A stretch of DNA of 32,656 nt. Origin: a virus. Its lineage: Duplodnaviria; Caudoviricetes. This document shows, piece by piece, positions 1-11,000 of the stretch. How positions within the stretch are numbered: position 1 is the stretch's first letter; the number at the start of each line of letters is the position of its first letter. The stretch lies in the IMG/VR virus record IMGVR_UViG_3300030330_002507, positions 1-32,656 of that record; one strand, 5' to 3'. The notes below the pieces were generated by a model. That model did no database searches. It saw nothing but the letters and a program-made list of their open reading frames with translations, and was not told the origin of the DNA. The position numbers and the translations under genes were made by a program.

Positions 1-111
1 CAGATTTGGTAGGGATAAATCGGTTATATGTGTTTGGGACGGTTGGAGATGTATAAGGATAATAACTTATGATAAGAATAGTTTAAGTGAGTTAGCTGAG
101 AATGTTAAAGG
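1..111. repeat. Terminal direct repeat, left copy (circular assembly overlap)
   Basis: 1-111 matches 32546-32656 with one mismatch (position 13 G vs A; AGG/AGA, synonymous Arg in terL). Confidence 0.95.
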
Positions 112-520
112 TTATGCAGAAACTTATAAGATCAGTAGAAGTAATATAGTTGTAGATAGTGATGGAGTTGGAGGAGCTATCCCTGATTTTATTAAGGGAG
201 TGAAATCCTTTGTTAATAATAGTAAAGCTTTAAAGGGAGAGAACTATAGAAATCTTAAAAGCCAGTGTTATTATGATTTTGCTAATCAAGTTAATAAAGG
301 TTTAGTTTATATTAATACTGATAGTAGTGAAATTAAACAATCTATTATAGCTGAGTTTGAAATGGTTAAGCAATATGATATAGATAAAGATAGTAAGTTA
401 GCTATAACTCCTAAAGAGAAAATTAAAAGCTTATTAGGTAGATCGCCGGATATAGCTGATGCTCTAATTATGAGATCGTATTTTAACTTTAATAAGAGTA
501 AGGTTTTATATTTTGGATAA
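2..520 (+). CDS. terL: Terminase large subunit, C-terminal nuclease part (continues from 31761 across the junction)
   Basis: Frame is open from base 2 and in frame with the 200..520 ORF. Motifs (DVA)RFGRDKSV, DSDGVG and GRSPDIADAL fit the RNase H-like terminase nuclease domain. The joined protein is 434 aa. Confidence 0.9.
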   Translation, partial: RFGRDKSVICVWDGWRCIRIITYDKNSLSELAENVKGYAETYKISRSNIVVDSDGVGGAIPDFIKGVKSFVNNSKALKGENYRNLKSQCYYDFANQVNKGLVYINTDSSEIKQSIIAEFEMVKQYDIDKDSKLAITPKEKIKSLLGRSPDIADALIMRSYFNFNKSKVLYFG

Positions 521-569
521 TCTAAAAATTGCGAGAGTGTAAATATATTATTAACTATTATTGCAAATT

Positions 570-1052
570 ATGGAAATTACTACATTAAATAAAAGGCATA
601 GCAAGATATTAACTCAGTTTAATAAATGTATAGATCGGTTTATATATGAATCAACTGAGAACTATAGTTATAATATGTTTAGGAACTTTAAACCTTTAAG
701 AAGTAAGGCAGTTGCTTTGCATAACTTTTTAGGAAAGGATATAGGTTCTGATAATGGAACTAACAACCTATCTCTTTCTGAGTGGGTATTTATGTTTCCT
801 AACTTTATGTTATTTGGAGCTATAGGATTTTCCTTATCTTTAAAGAATGGGAATAATGATGAGGAGTTAGATGTATTAACTGATGATCTTGTTGATGAGA
901 TGCAACAAACTATAATGGCTCTTGATGAGATGTTAGATGAGCATATATTTGAGAATGAAATAACTGATGAGGTAATAACTTTAATAACCAATAAAACTAA
1001 AAGAAATGATAAACTTAACAATAGGAGAGGGAGAAAAAAAGATAAAAGCTAA
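570..1052 (+). CDS. Hypothetical protein
   Basis: ATG at 570 within the 561 ORF; one hydrophobic stretch and an acidic C-terminal half; no recognised motif. Confidence 0.7.
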   Translation: MEITTLNKRHSKILTQFNKCIDRFIYESTENYSYNMFRNFKPLRSKAVALHNFLGKDIGSDNGTNNLSLSEWVFMFPNFMLFGAIGFSLSLKNGNNDEELDVLTDDLVDEMQQTIMALDEMLDEHIFENEITDEVITLITNKTKRNDKLNNRRGRKKDKS

Positions 1053-1710
1053 TATACCTAATTGCTGGAGTGAACTAACTATAGCTCAATATAGTAAGAT
1101 TATATCTATATTAGAGCAACATAAATTAGAGGAGCCGGAGGGGATATTAAGTGAAGCTCAAAAAAAGGAATTTGAGAAAGAACAAAAGTTAAATAATGTG
1201 AGAACTAATTTAGAAATGTTATCTTATTTAACAGGTTTAGAAATGGGGGTTATAAGAAATGTAAATATAAAACAAGCAGAGAATATGATAGGGATCATGA
1301 CTGGTTTACTTCAATCTAAAATCGATTACTCTATGAAAGAGGACGAGAGAGATCATTTTGTTTTTAAAAATAAAACTTATTACTTTCCTACTGCATATAT
1401 GAGAGATACAACTTTTGGAGATTATATAGAAGCTGAACAAGTTGCAATATCTAATAATAAAATAAAAGCTAATAGGTTTGGAGCTTTTGCAAAACAAATG
1501 GCTATACTTTGCAAAGAGAAAGACGTAGAAAATACAGATGAGATCGTAGCTAAGAAAGAAAGATTGTTTAGAGATTTACCTATGGATATAGCTTGGAAGT
1601 TCGTTTTTTTTTTGACCAAACAAATGAACATATTAAGGAAAAATTCGGAATGGTTTTCAAAAGTGGAAACAGAAACTCTAACAAGCATGCAACAGAAAAT
1701 TGGCATATAA
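1006..1710 (+). CDS. Probable tail assembly chaperone (gpG-like)
   Basis: Helical 234-aa protein with a T10 slippery run at 1604-1613 and an overlapping open -1 frame, the pattern of gpG/gpGT. Confidence 0.55.
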   Translation: MINLTIGEGEKKIKANIPNCWSELTIAQYSKIISILEQHKLEEPEGILSEAQKKEFEKEQKLNNVRTNLEMLSYLTGLEMGVIRNVNIKQAENMIGIMTGLLQSKIDYSMKEDERDHFVFKNKTYYFPTAYMRDTTFGDYIEAEQVAISNNKIKANRFGAFAKQMAILCKEKDVENTDEIVAKKERLFRDLPMDIAWKFVFFLTKQMNILRKNSEWFSKVETETLTSMQQKIGI

Positions 1711-1931
1711 TGGAGGGATTAGGTTGGTTAAATACTTTATATGATGTAGCTACCGATAAGGTATTTAATAAAGCTCCTCATAATGCTATTGATAGTGTAA
1801 TGAAAACAAATCTCTATGAGGTTTTTACTTATCTTAGTTGGAAGTCAGCTAAGAATGAATATGAGTCAGCTGTTAGAGATGGTATGGATCAAGAACATAG
1901 AATAAAACAATCAATGAAAACAAATAGATAA
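1604..1931 (+). CDS. -1 frameshift extension (gpT-like), or a separate 73-aa gene from the ATG at 1710
   Basis: The -1 frame is open from 1593 through the T-run to the stop at 1931. A TAATG overlap at 1708-1712 offers an alternative start. Confidence 0.55.
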
Positions 1932-1933
1932 AT

Positions 1934-2416
1934 ATGGCTACAACTTTAAATATAGAGGAGATAGTTTCAGTAATGGAAACAAGATGGAAAGCAATGGCTT
2001 GTATTAGTGATGGAGAGTTTAATATGTTTCACTATGGCTATCCTCAAGAAGTAGATGATCTCCATAATAAGAGATTACCTTTAATGGTTTTAAACTATCC
2101 TACTTCTACCAGTGCTGTTCCAGAATATGAGGGTAATAGAGTAGATACTACTACTACTTTTACTTTACAGATTTACGGATATTCAAATAATAATCATGGT
2201 AATTTTGTAACTCTTAATAGAGAGTGGGATAATCTGGAAAATTGTTTTTATGTGTGGTTGCAAAATGTATTAAATACAATAGGATCAAGAGCAGTCATGG
2301 GATCAGGATCAGTTAGTATAAGTAGGAGAGATCAAGGTTCTAATGACCAGATGCAAAAATTAGAAATAAGGTTTAACTTGCAATATTATAGATATTGCTT
2401 AGGATTAATTCAGTAA
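1934..2416 (+). CDS. Putative tail terminator/completion protein
   Basis: 160 aa, in the tail module next to a neck-type gene; assignment by size and context only. Confidence 0.45.
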   Translation: MATTLNIEEIVSVMETRWKAMACISDGEFNMFHYGYPQEVDDLHNKRLPLMVLNYPTSTSAVPEYEGNRVDTTTTFTLQIYGYSNNNHGNFVTLNREWDNLENCFYVWLQNVLNTIGSRAVMGSGSVSISRRDQGSNDQMQKLEIRFNLQYYRYCLGLIQ

Positions 2417-2938
2417 ATGGATATTAAATTAATTAGAGATAAGGTTATAGATATTCAAGCTATATTAGGATTAAAACTTATAGAGCTTAAACGTGAAGCA
2501 AGTGGAGCTTTAATTAATTCATTTGAAAATGAAATAACCGAAACTAATAACTATAGCTTTAATATAAATATAAAAGGATTAAACTATTGGAAGTATGTAG
2601 AGTTTGGAACTGAGGGAGCTAATATTCCTTATGATGCGAGAAAGAGAACAGGTAATCAAGCTAATGCTTATATAGAGGGATTAATGAGGTGGATTAAAAT
2701 AAAAGGGATAGCTTCTGAAAATAAAACTGTTAAAGCTATAGCTTTTGCTATTGCAACTAAACAAACTGCTAAAGGAGGTTGGGGAAAGGGTAATCCTATG
2801 GATAAAAATAAATTAGGGTTTATAAGGAAAACAAGTTTACAAAGAAATGAAAAAACAAGAGAGATAGCTGAAGCTTATCAAAGTGAGATCGTAAGTTTAG
2901 TTTCTTTATTACCTAATGAAATGGAGATAATAATTTAA
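2417..2938 (+). CDS. HK97 gp10-like neck/tail completion protein
   Basis: SGALINS followed by YWKYVEFGT resembles the gp10-family TGxLxxS...YxxFVEFGT pattern. Confidence 0.55.
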   Translation: MDIKLIRDKVIDIQAILGLKLIELKREASGALINSFENEITETNNYSFNINIKGLNYWKYVEFGTEGANIPYDARKRTGNQANAYIEGLMRWIKIKGIASENKTVKAIAFAIATKQTAKGGWGKGNPMDKNKLGFIRKTSLQRNEKTREIAEAYQSEIVSLVSLLPNEMEIII

Positions 2939-2948
2939 AAAAAATATA

Positions 2949-4523
2949 ATGGCTACACCAAATATAAATTCCCAGATAGTTAGAGATAATTTAGTTAGCT
3001 CTTTGATGCCTATAATTTTTGTAGTTAGTGATACTAACTCAGATACTGTTAATATAGTAGCTACCGTTGAATATCAAAACGCTGGAGGAGTTTGGACACA
3101 GTGGGGAGGACAAATTAGAATGGCTAATAGATTAAATACTACAACTGTATATGAGTTAGATATATCCGATTTAGTGGCTGGTTTACCAAAGCAAAATTTA
3201 CCTACAGCTATAAATAGTTTAGGTAGAGGGTTTAAATGTAGTGGAGGGACGTATTCAATTATAGCTGAAACAAAATTTAATAATATAAGTGATTGGTATG
3301 TTAGAGTAAATTTTCAAAGAGAGTTTAAAGATGCGCTAACCGGACTAATAACTCTTGATCCCGATATAGCTACAAGTAATACCTTTTATGTTCATCAAGG
3401 ATCAGTTTTAAGTGAGCTTTCAAGATTTGGATATCGTCCAAGTGGTAGCTATTCTTTAGCTGTTTACAACCACCGATTTGGGTGCGATTTTGATGAGTGG
3501 GATAGGGGAGATAAATGGCTTTGGATGACAGATGCTCCTTATCAAATTAGAATACCAGATGTTGGAGAAGCTACTGAGACACGTCCAGAATATCAATTTA
3601 ATATTACAAAAGACGAACAGTTTTATTTAAGCTTTATTAATGGAGCTTTAGATACTTGTTGTGATGCAACAGATGAAACAAGATTAGTAATTAAAACTTA
3701 TGGTAATATAGGATCGGGAACTCAGCTTCTTAATACTCACTATCATAATTATTATAATGGACCGTCTAATAGTGGAGTGGTTTCTGTTGATGTAGGTTGG
3801 AGAACTTTATTAGCTGCCTTAACCCCTAATGCGAATGAGGGTAATGCGATGGGGGCAGCTTTCAATCAAGTAAAACATTATTATGTTTATAATCAAGTAT
3901 GTGACGGAGCAGGAGGTAGAACTAAAGAAAGTTTGCATGTTAAGTTTACTATACATGCTGGTTGTCGAACAGCTGACGGAGATTATCATACTGACTCGGG
4001 ACCGGCTGAATTTACGAGAGCTAATGACAGAATAGCTCAAGGGACAAGAAATGCTTATCAGAGATTTTTATGGTTATCTAAAGCTGGAACTCCGGATATG
4101 TGTTCGTCTCATGGATTATTAAAAGAAAAAAAGAAATTTAATAATAAACTTTTTAATAAAAGAAATCCAGCCGGATTATTTGGGAGAGTAGGAGATAACT
4201 ATTATCAAACTGATGCTCAAACAATTTATGAAGTTACTACTCACGAAATGGATATATTAGAAGCTAAATATATGGCTTGTATTGGGCAAAGTGTTGAAAC
4301 CTATTTAAGAGTAGAAGTAACCGATCCTAAATATTCTGTTAATACTAAATCCTTTGTAGATATAGTAAAAGGAGAGGAGTGGAGAGATAACTCTGAGTGT
4401 AATACATATATCCCTATAGTTATTATCTCAAAGAGTGTTAATGTTTACTCAACTTCGGAAAATACAGCTAAGGTTAAATTTAGCTATTACTTTGCAAATA
4501 AAGAACACCTACCAAGAAACTAA
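2949..4523 (+). CDS. Virion tail-tip/baseplate-type structural protein
   Basis: 524 aa, beta-strand-like composition, lies between the neck gene and the large tail protein. Confidence 0.5.
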   Translation: MATPNINSQIVRDNLVSSLMPIIFVVSDTNSDTVNIVATVEYQNAGGVWTQWGGQIRMANRLNTTTVYELDISDLVAGLPKQNLPTAINSLGRGFKCSGGTYSIIAETKFNNISDWYVRVNFQREFKDALTGLITLDPDIATSNTFYVHQGSVLSELSRFGYRPSGSYSLAVYNHRFGCDFDEWDRGDKWLWMTDAPYQIRIPDVGEATETRPEYQFNITKDEQFYLSFINGALDTCCDATDETRLVIKTYGNIGSGTQLLNTHYHNYYNGPSNSGVVSVDVGWRTLLAALTPNANEGNAMGAAFNQVKHYYVYNQVCDGAGGRTKESLHVKFTIHAGCRTADGDYHTDSGPAEFTRANDRIAQGTRNAYQRFLWLSKAGTPDMCSSHGLLKEKKKFNNKLFNKRNPAGLFGRVGDNYYQTDAQTIYEVTTHEMDILEAKYMACIGQSVETYLRVEVTDPKYSVNTKSFVDIVKGEEWRDNSECNTYIPIVIISKSVNVYSTSENTAKVKFSYYFANKEHLPRN

Positions 4524-4535
4524 AAAATAAAAACT

Positions 4536-7500
4536 ATGGCTACTCAAAACCCAGATATACAATTTCAAATATTCGATACTACAACAACTCCGGATTGGAC
4601 AATGTTAGGAGAGTTAGATATTAGCTCTAATAAAGATTTTCCTTTAGCTATAACATTTTCAATTAAGGACGTAATGGATATTACTAAAAGTAAAGGAAGC
4701 TATAGTAAAACTTTTAAGATACCGGCTACAAGACACAATAACGATATTTTAGAAAATATATTTGCAGACGGCTTCTACAATTCTGAGATATTTGTTTCTA
4801 ATAAATTTGCTAAGATATATTCTAATAGTCAATTAATAATGGAGGGGCAGTTTAGATTAAAAGCTACTGTTATTGATGATAAACCTTTAGAATATGAGTG
4901 CATAGTATTCGGAGAAAATTTTGAGTGGGTTACAGCTTTAGACGGCTTAAATGTTTGTGATTTAGAATTTACTATTGGAGATATGTTTTCAGCTTATCCT
5001 CATTTAGTAGAACGAACTTTTGATAGTGTCCAAGATACATGGAACTATAATGATAGTACTCATTTAAGATCGGGAGTTGGAACTCATATAGTTTACCCTT
5101 TACTTAATAGAGGTAAATGGTTGGTTAATAATCAGGTTCACTATACTGATCTTATTCCAGCTTTTTGGGTAAGGAATTTAGTTTATCAAATGTTTATAGT
5201 TCAGGGCTATACTTTGGTTTCTAATTTTTTTGATAGTGATTGGTTTAAAAGATTAATAACAGTTTTTCCTACTGATGATGGGGTATGGGAGCAAACTGTA
5301 GTAAACCAAGTTGATGACGCGTATAATGGAGAGATAGTTGGACCGGCTGCTACTGAGTGGAAAATTCCAAAGGATTATCGTGATCCAGCTATTGGGAATA
5401 GATTTGATGGGGCTTTATTATTCACTGATATAACTTTCGTTCCTCCTAATAATAATTCTAATTGGAGTGCTCAAAATATTGAAATAAATTCTTGTAATAA
5501 TGATATGTGGAAGTGGAATTTATGGGGAGGTTTTGGTGGAACTAATTTATCTATAGATGATAGAAGTATCTCGGGTTGGTATTGGGGTAGGCATGGAGGA
5601 GCTATAAATAATTTTAGTTATGGACAATCTTTTAATAGGTTAGATGATGTAGTTTGTTGTCCACCTATTAAAAATATTTGGGGGCATGAATGGGGAGAGA
5701 TTTGGGAATGGGCTTCAGGATATTGTGCTGCTAATCGTGTTCCTACTTGTGCAGATACTCACAATTATACTTTAAATAATGTAGCAATATTTACTCCAAC
5801 TACAGCTGATGAGTATGCGTTCTCAGGAGAGTTTGTTTTAGAAATGGATAATGATTATGTAAGAGATAATGAGCCAGAACCTTATGATTGTGAGTGGGGA
5901 TCGCCGGGCATCTATGGAGGAGGGTTCTTTTATCTTAATGATGGTTATTGGTATGATGATCCAGCTTATGGATATGGCTGGGACGTAGGAGGGAGTTATT
6001 TTGCTGGAGCTGTTTATTTAGCTTGGGTTCACTATGATGAGAATTATACTGAGTTTATTAAATTAGATAAATGTGTTCAAAGCTCTATATTTTATGGGGG
6101 TAATTGGTATTATAATGGTTACTTTCAGCCAGTTCATTCTCCTCTACCGGCTGATCCTGACAATATAGAGTTCCCTTTATCTTATAGTAATGTTATAGTA
6201 GACGTTCCTAATACTAATGATAGGTTTTATATCTATATGGAAGTTAATGAGGAGTTTCATACTGAACACGGGTTTGCTGGTTTAGGTATTGGTGGTTATT
6301 GTCAGTGTAAATATAGAATTAAAGAGGGAGCTTTAGACGGGGGATTAACCTCAGCTGTAACTACTGCAACAGTAACTAATATAAATGTAGCTACTCTTTT
6401 GCCATGTGATATGGCTCAGTTAGATTTTGTAAATGGATTAACAGGTTTATTTAATTTATATTGGAAATCAGATGAGGAAAATAAGATCGTATATGTAGAG
6501 CCGAGAGATGACTTCTTTTTAGACAGAACTCAAGCTGTTGATTGGAGTGAGAAGTTAGATTTTAGAACTAAACAAACTTCTAAATTTATATATGATGCTC
6601 TTAATAGAGATTTATGTTTTACTTATGAGGAGGACGGATCAGATGGTTTTGTTGAGGAAAGAAATAGATTAACAGGGCAAGTTTGTAGTTTATATAGTTA
6701 TGCAATGGATTTAGGTTCTCTATATAAAGATGAGGAAAGTAAGATCGGGACAAATCTATTTGCTCCTACTTATATGTTTAGAGATAAAACAATAGGAACT
6801 AATCAGGGTAAAAGCCCTTTTATTCCTGTTATACATAGTGAATATCAAAATATATGGAATGTTACTGATAGTTTTAACTTTCCTGATAAAATGACCGACT
6901 TCTCTCCCCGAGTTTTATTATGGGCTGGATTAATTCCTTTAAATAAAGAGGACGGTCCAACTTCTACTAATATGTGGCGATGGAGTGATGACAACCCTGT
7001 CCCAAGTCCAATAGAGAAAAAACACTATCCGGCTGCTATGATGTATTATGATGAGGACGAGCAATTCTTTCCTCCTTTAACTGTTGGAGGTTATACTTAT
7101 TATCCTACTTTACCTTATAATGATATAGAAGCTAATAGGGTAGAGCCAATTCCTATTCCTCCAGCGACTTATCCTTTTTGTGCTGGATTATATCAAGTAT
7201 TCTGGGAGAGATCAATAGAGAACATGTTGCAACGTCCAAGAGTGAAAAAAGCTAAGTTTTATTTTACTACTAATGATATAGCTCAATTAGATTTAAGAAA
7301 ATTAGTTTACTTAAAAACCGGAACTGAGGATACTTATTGGATTATTAATAGGATCATAGATTACAAGCCCGGCAAAAACTTATTAACTCAAGTAGAGTTA
7401 TATCAGTTTATTCCAGCTACCCCAACTCGTAGAAATAATAATCCTAAATTTAATAGAAGTAACGAGGTTTCAGTTACAAGAGATTATGTTACAGGACAAG

Positions 7501-8030
7501 GTAGATTAGTTTCAGAAACTAACTTCGGAGCTTTAGGTAGTATTGGAGGGATTACAAGAAATAATAATAATATGCAAACTCCTATTAGATCGGCTTCTAA
7601 TTATAACCCTAATAATAATATAGGTAATAGATTTGAAGCAAATGTAGCTCTTGGTAATTCTAATCAGGGCTTAATAGCTGGAGATGGTAGAAGCATGGTA
7701 AAACACCCTAACTCTCCTAAAAGCTCTAACTATGGACACAATAATTTAGTTCAGCAAAACAGGGGAACTCTCGCAGTAGGTAATAATTTAAATAATTTAA
7801 GAAGTAATACTATCTATGTAGGTTATGGATCAGGAACTATAAATCCCCACCCTATTCAATTTGTTCAGGGAGGTAAAACTTCTTTAGCTATAGATGGCTC
7901 TGGTAATGTTTTAGAGGGAGGAGGTGGAGCAATTATGGCTCAAGATGCTTCAGGTAATTATTTTGAAGTTTATTCAGAAAGTAATTTTGCTGGAGAAATT
8001 AATGTAAGAAAAATTTTAAAAAGTCAATAG
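4536..8030 (+). CDS. Large tail-tip/hub protein with aromatic-rich central insert
   Basis: 1164 aa; N-terminal SYSKTFKIPAT..N motif of the kind seen in Bacteroidota siphophage tail proteins; adjacent to the tape measure gene. Confidence 0.6.
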   Translation: MATQNPDIQFQIFDTTTTPDWTMLGELDISSNKDFPLAITFSIKDVMDITKSKGSYSKTFKIPATRHNNDILENIFADGFYNSEIFVSNKFAKIYSNSQLIMEGQFRLKATVIDDKPLEYECIVFGENFEWVTALDGLNVCDLEFTIGDMFSAYPHLVERTFDSVQDTWNYNDSTHLRSGVGTHIVYPLLNRGKWLVNNQVHYTDLIPAFWVRNLVYQMFIVQGYTLVSNFFDSDWFKRLITVFPTDDGVWEQTVVNQVDDAYNGEIVGPAATEWKIPKDYRDPAIGNRFDGALLFTDITFVPPNNNSNWSAQNIEINSCNNDMWKWNLWGGFGGTNLSIDDRSISGWYWGRHGGAINNFSYGQSFNRLDDVVCCPPIKNIWGHEWGEIWEWASGYCAANRVPTCADTHNYTLNNVAIFTPTTADEYAFSGEFVLEMDNDYVRDNEPEPYDCEWGSPGIYGGGFFYLNDGYWYDDPAYGYGWDVGGSYFAGAVYLAWVHYDENYTEFIKLDKCVQSSIFYGGNWYYNGYFQPVHSPLPADPDNIEFPLSYSNVIVDVPNTNDRFYIYMEVNEEFHTEHGFAGLGIGGYCQCKYRIKEGALDGGLTSAVTTATVTNINVATLLPCDMAQLDFVNGLTGLFNLYWKSDEENKIVYVEPRDDFFLDRTQAVDWSEKLDFRTKQTSKFIYDALNRDLCFTYEEDGSDGFVEERNRLTGQVCSLYSYAMDLGSLYKDEESKIGTNLFAPTYMFRDKTIGTNQGKSPFIPVIHSEYQNIWNVTDSFNFPDKMTDFSPRVLLWAGLIPLNKEDGPTSTNMWRWSDDNPVPSPIEKKHYPAAMMYYDEDEQFFPPLTVGGYTYYPTLPYNDIEANRVEPIPIPPATYPFCAGLYQVFWERSIENMLQRPRVKKAKFYFTTNDIAQLDLRKLVYLKTGTEDTYWIINRIIDYKPGKNLLTQVELYQFIPATPTRRNNNPKFNRSNEVSVTRDYVTGQGRLVSETNFGALGSIGGITRNNNNMQTPIRSASNYNPNNNIGNRFEANVALGNSNQGLIAGDGRSMVKHPNSPKSSNYGHNNLVQQNRGTLAVGNNLNNLRSNTIYVGYGSGTINPHPIQFVQGGKTSLAIDGSGNVLEGGGGAIMAQDASGNYFEVYSESNFAGEINVRKILKSQ

Positions 8031-8033
8031 ATT

Positions 8034-11000
8034 ATGACAACAAGTTTAGAAACGATATTAAATATAAAAGTAGACGGAACTTCTCAAATGACAGCTTTAA
8101 AAGAGGAGATAGATAAAACTACTCAAGAGCTTAAAGATTTAAAAGCTGAACAGAAAGCCGGAACCGGAGATACTAAGAAACTCAATGCCCAAATTTTAAC
8201 TCAAGAAACGAGATTAAAAGCTATGAGATCAGAAATGAATAAAGCTAAAACTGAAACTATTAAAATGAATTCAGCTTTGGCTTCTCAGGGTAAAAGCTAT
8301 AACGATCTCACTAAACAAAATGCTGCCCTATCTCAAGAGCTTAGAAAGTTAGCTGATCCTATGGGGAAAAATAGAAAGGAGTTTGATACTTTAAGTAAAA
8401 AGATAAGAGATAATACTAACGAGCTAAAAAAGATGGACGAAGCTATGGGGAGACAACAACGAAACGTTGGGAACTATGGTGGAGCTATAAAAGGAATGGC
8501 TCTACAAATTGGAGCTGCTATTATGGCTTTCAAAGGTTTAGAAACGGCTATAAGCACCTTCTCAGATTTTCAATTTGCTATAAAACAAGTAGGAGTTATA
8601 TCGGGAGCTTCAGCTCAGGAGATGCAATTGTTAGAAGATCAAGCTAAAGAGTTAGGAGCTACTACTGCCTTTACAGCTGGAGAGGTTGCTAATTTACAAA
8701 TAGAGTTAGCTAAATTAGGTTTTGATGCTCAAGATATTGATAGTATGACAAGCTCAGTTTTAGATTTATCTTTTGCTTTTGGAGAGGAATTAAATGTAAC
8801 AGCTGAACAGGTCGGGGTTACTTTAAGAGGGTTTAATTTAGATGCTTCAGAAGCTTCCCGAGTTACTGATGTTATGGCTGCCGCCTTTAGTAATACAGCT
8901 TTAGATTTATCTAAGTTTGCAACAGCTATGCCTAAAGTAGCTTCTGTTGCTTCTACTATGGGCTTTACTTTAGAGGACACTACTTCAATATTAGGACTTT
9001 TAGCTAATACGGGTATGGAAGCTTCTTCGGCAGGTACAGCCCTAAGAAATATGTTTTTAAAATTAGCTGATCCTACCGGAGATTTAGCTAAAGCTTTAGG
9101 TAGAAATATAACCTCAGTAGAGGAGTTAATTCCAGCTATGCAGGAGTTAGATAAGAAAGGAATTGATGTGGCTGGAATGTTAGAGATAACTGATAAAAGG
9201 AGTGTTACTGCGTTTGCTTCTATGTTAAAGGGTAGTAAACAATTAGGAGAGCTTAACAAAGTAATGAAAGATAGTCAGGGATTAACTAAGAAATTTGCTG
9301 ACGCAATGAGAGATAGTTTAAAGGGTAATATAGATGCAACTAAATCAGCAGCTGAGGGGTTAGTAATTGAGTTGGTAGACGGTTTAGAACCTATTATAAA
9401 CATGCTTCTATTTGTATTCCAAGAGTTTTTAGGAGTTATGAGAAGTTTAGTTCCGGTTATTATTTCAGTAACAGCCGGATTTGCTGGATATAGTGCTGTT
9501 CTCGCCGTTAATAAAGCCAGAGTTTTAGCTTCTCAATTAGCTATTAAGTTATTAGGAACTTCAACGGTTACTACTACCGGAATAATAAACGTAGCTAAAA
9601 ATGCTATGTTAGCTTTCAATACTGCAATAAGATCAAACCCTATAGGTTTATTAGTAGGAGGACTTGCTACAGCTGTAACTTTATTTAGTCAGTTTAGTGA
9701 TGGAGCAGATGAAGCTGGAGATGAGTTAGAAAATTTAAACAATCAAAGAGATAGATTTAATGAAATAGATCAACAAGCTAATAATAATTTAGCTACTCAA
9801 TTAGCTGAAGTTCAAAGTTTAATAAATGTAATTGGAGATCATACTAAGGGATTAAAAGAAAGAAATAAAGCTTTAGATAAGCTTAATGAAATCCACCCAA
9901 CTACGATCTCAAATATGCAAGACGAAAAGAAATTAGCTGGGGAGTTAGAGCAAGCTTATGAGGATATAGCTAAAGCTATGGAAGCAGAGATATTAATGTC
10001 AGCAGCTAAAGAGAAAGTAAAAGAGTTATTAATAGAACAAAGAGAGGAGCAGGATAAAATTAAAGTAGCTACTGATGATGTATTAGAAACCCAGCTTAGA
10101 TTATTAGGGGTTGCAAATGATATATCGGCTGAGGGTAAAATTATAGGGCATGTGTGGGACGGGGCTTCTGGTAGTATGGTAGAAAATGCTGATGCGATAC
10201 AATTTGTTAAAGATAATTGGACCGATGCTTTATTAGAATTGAGAACAGCTCAATCTATGTATGATGATGCAACGGCTACCCATAATGGATTAGTATTACA
10301 AAATTCAGAAGCTCAAGATAGATTAGCAATATCAGAACAGAAAGTAGCTGATATTAAAACAAAAGTAAAAGAAATTTTAAAAGAAGCTACTGATGAGAGT
10401 AATGCTTTAACGGCAGCTATAGTAGATCAAACTGATAAAGTAGATGATGATAGGACGGCTTATGAAAAATTACAAGATGCAGTTTCAACGGCTAATAAAA
10501 ACTTAAAAGAAGCTGTAGCTACTAATGGAGATGTAGCTGGAGCTACTAAAAAATTAGTAAAAGCTAAAGAAAATTTAGCTAAAGTAGATACTGAAGTAGC
10601 TAAAATTATTAAAGAGAATGATGATAAAAATAAAGATAACACTAAAGGACTTAAAGAGCAAATAGCCAAAGTTCAAGAAAAAATTGATGCAGATACTAAA
10701 CAACTTGATACATTAAAAAAGTTAGAAAAAGCTGAAGCAGATATAACTAAAGAAAGAATAGAGCAAGCTATTAAAGTTGCTGAAGCTCAATTAGAGATGG
10801 CTTTATTAGTAGCTGACTCAACGGACAAAAGCTTTACCGACCAAGCAACTCATATTAATAATTTAAAAAATCAAATAAAAGGTTTCAATGAGGAGTTAAA
10901 TAAATTAAGTGATGATAATAGTGTGAAACGCCCATCTGGTTGGTTAAATAGCAATCTATTTGGAACAGGAGGAGAGGACGGAAGCTCAGGAGAGCCATTC

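Noticed and set aside
1-111. Terminal repeat as a biological fixed DTR
   Set aside because: It falls in the middle of terL, which is typical of an assembly overlap on a circular or permuted genome.
7430-7860. Asn (AAY)-rich C-terminus of the large tail protein as a possible DGR variable region
   Set aside because: No reverse transcriptase and no template-repeat copy is visible anywhere in the complete genome.
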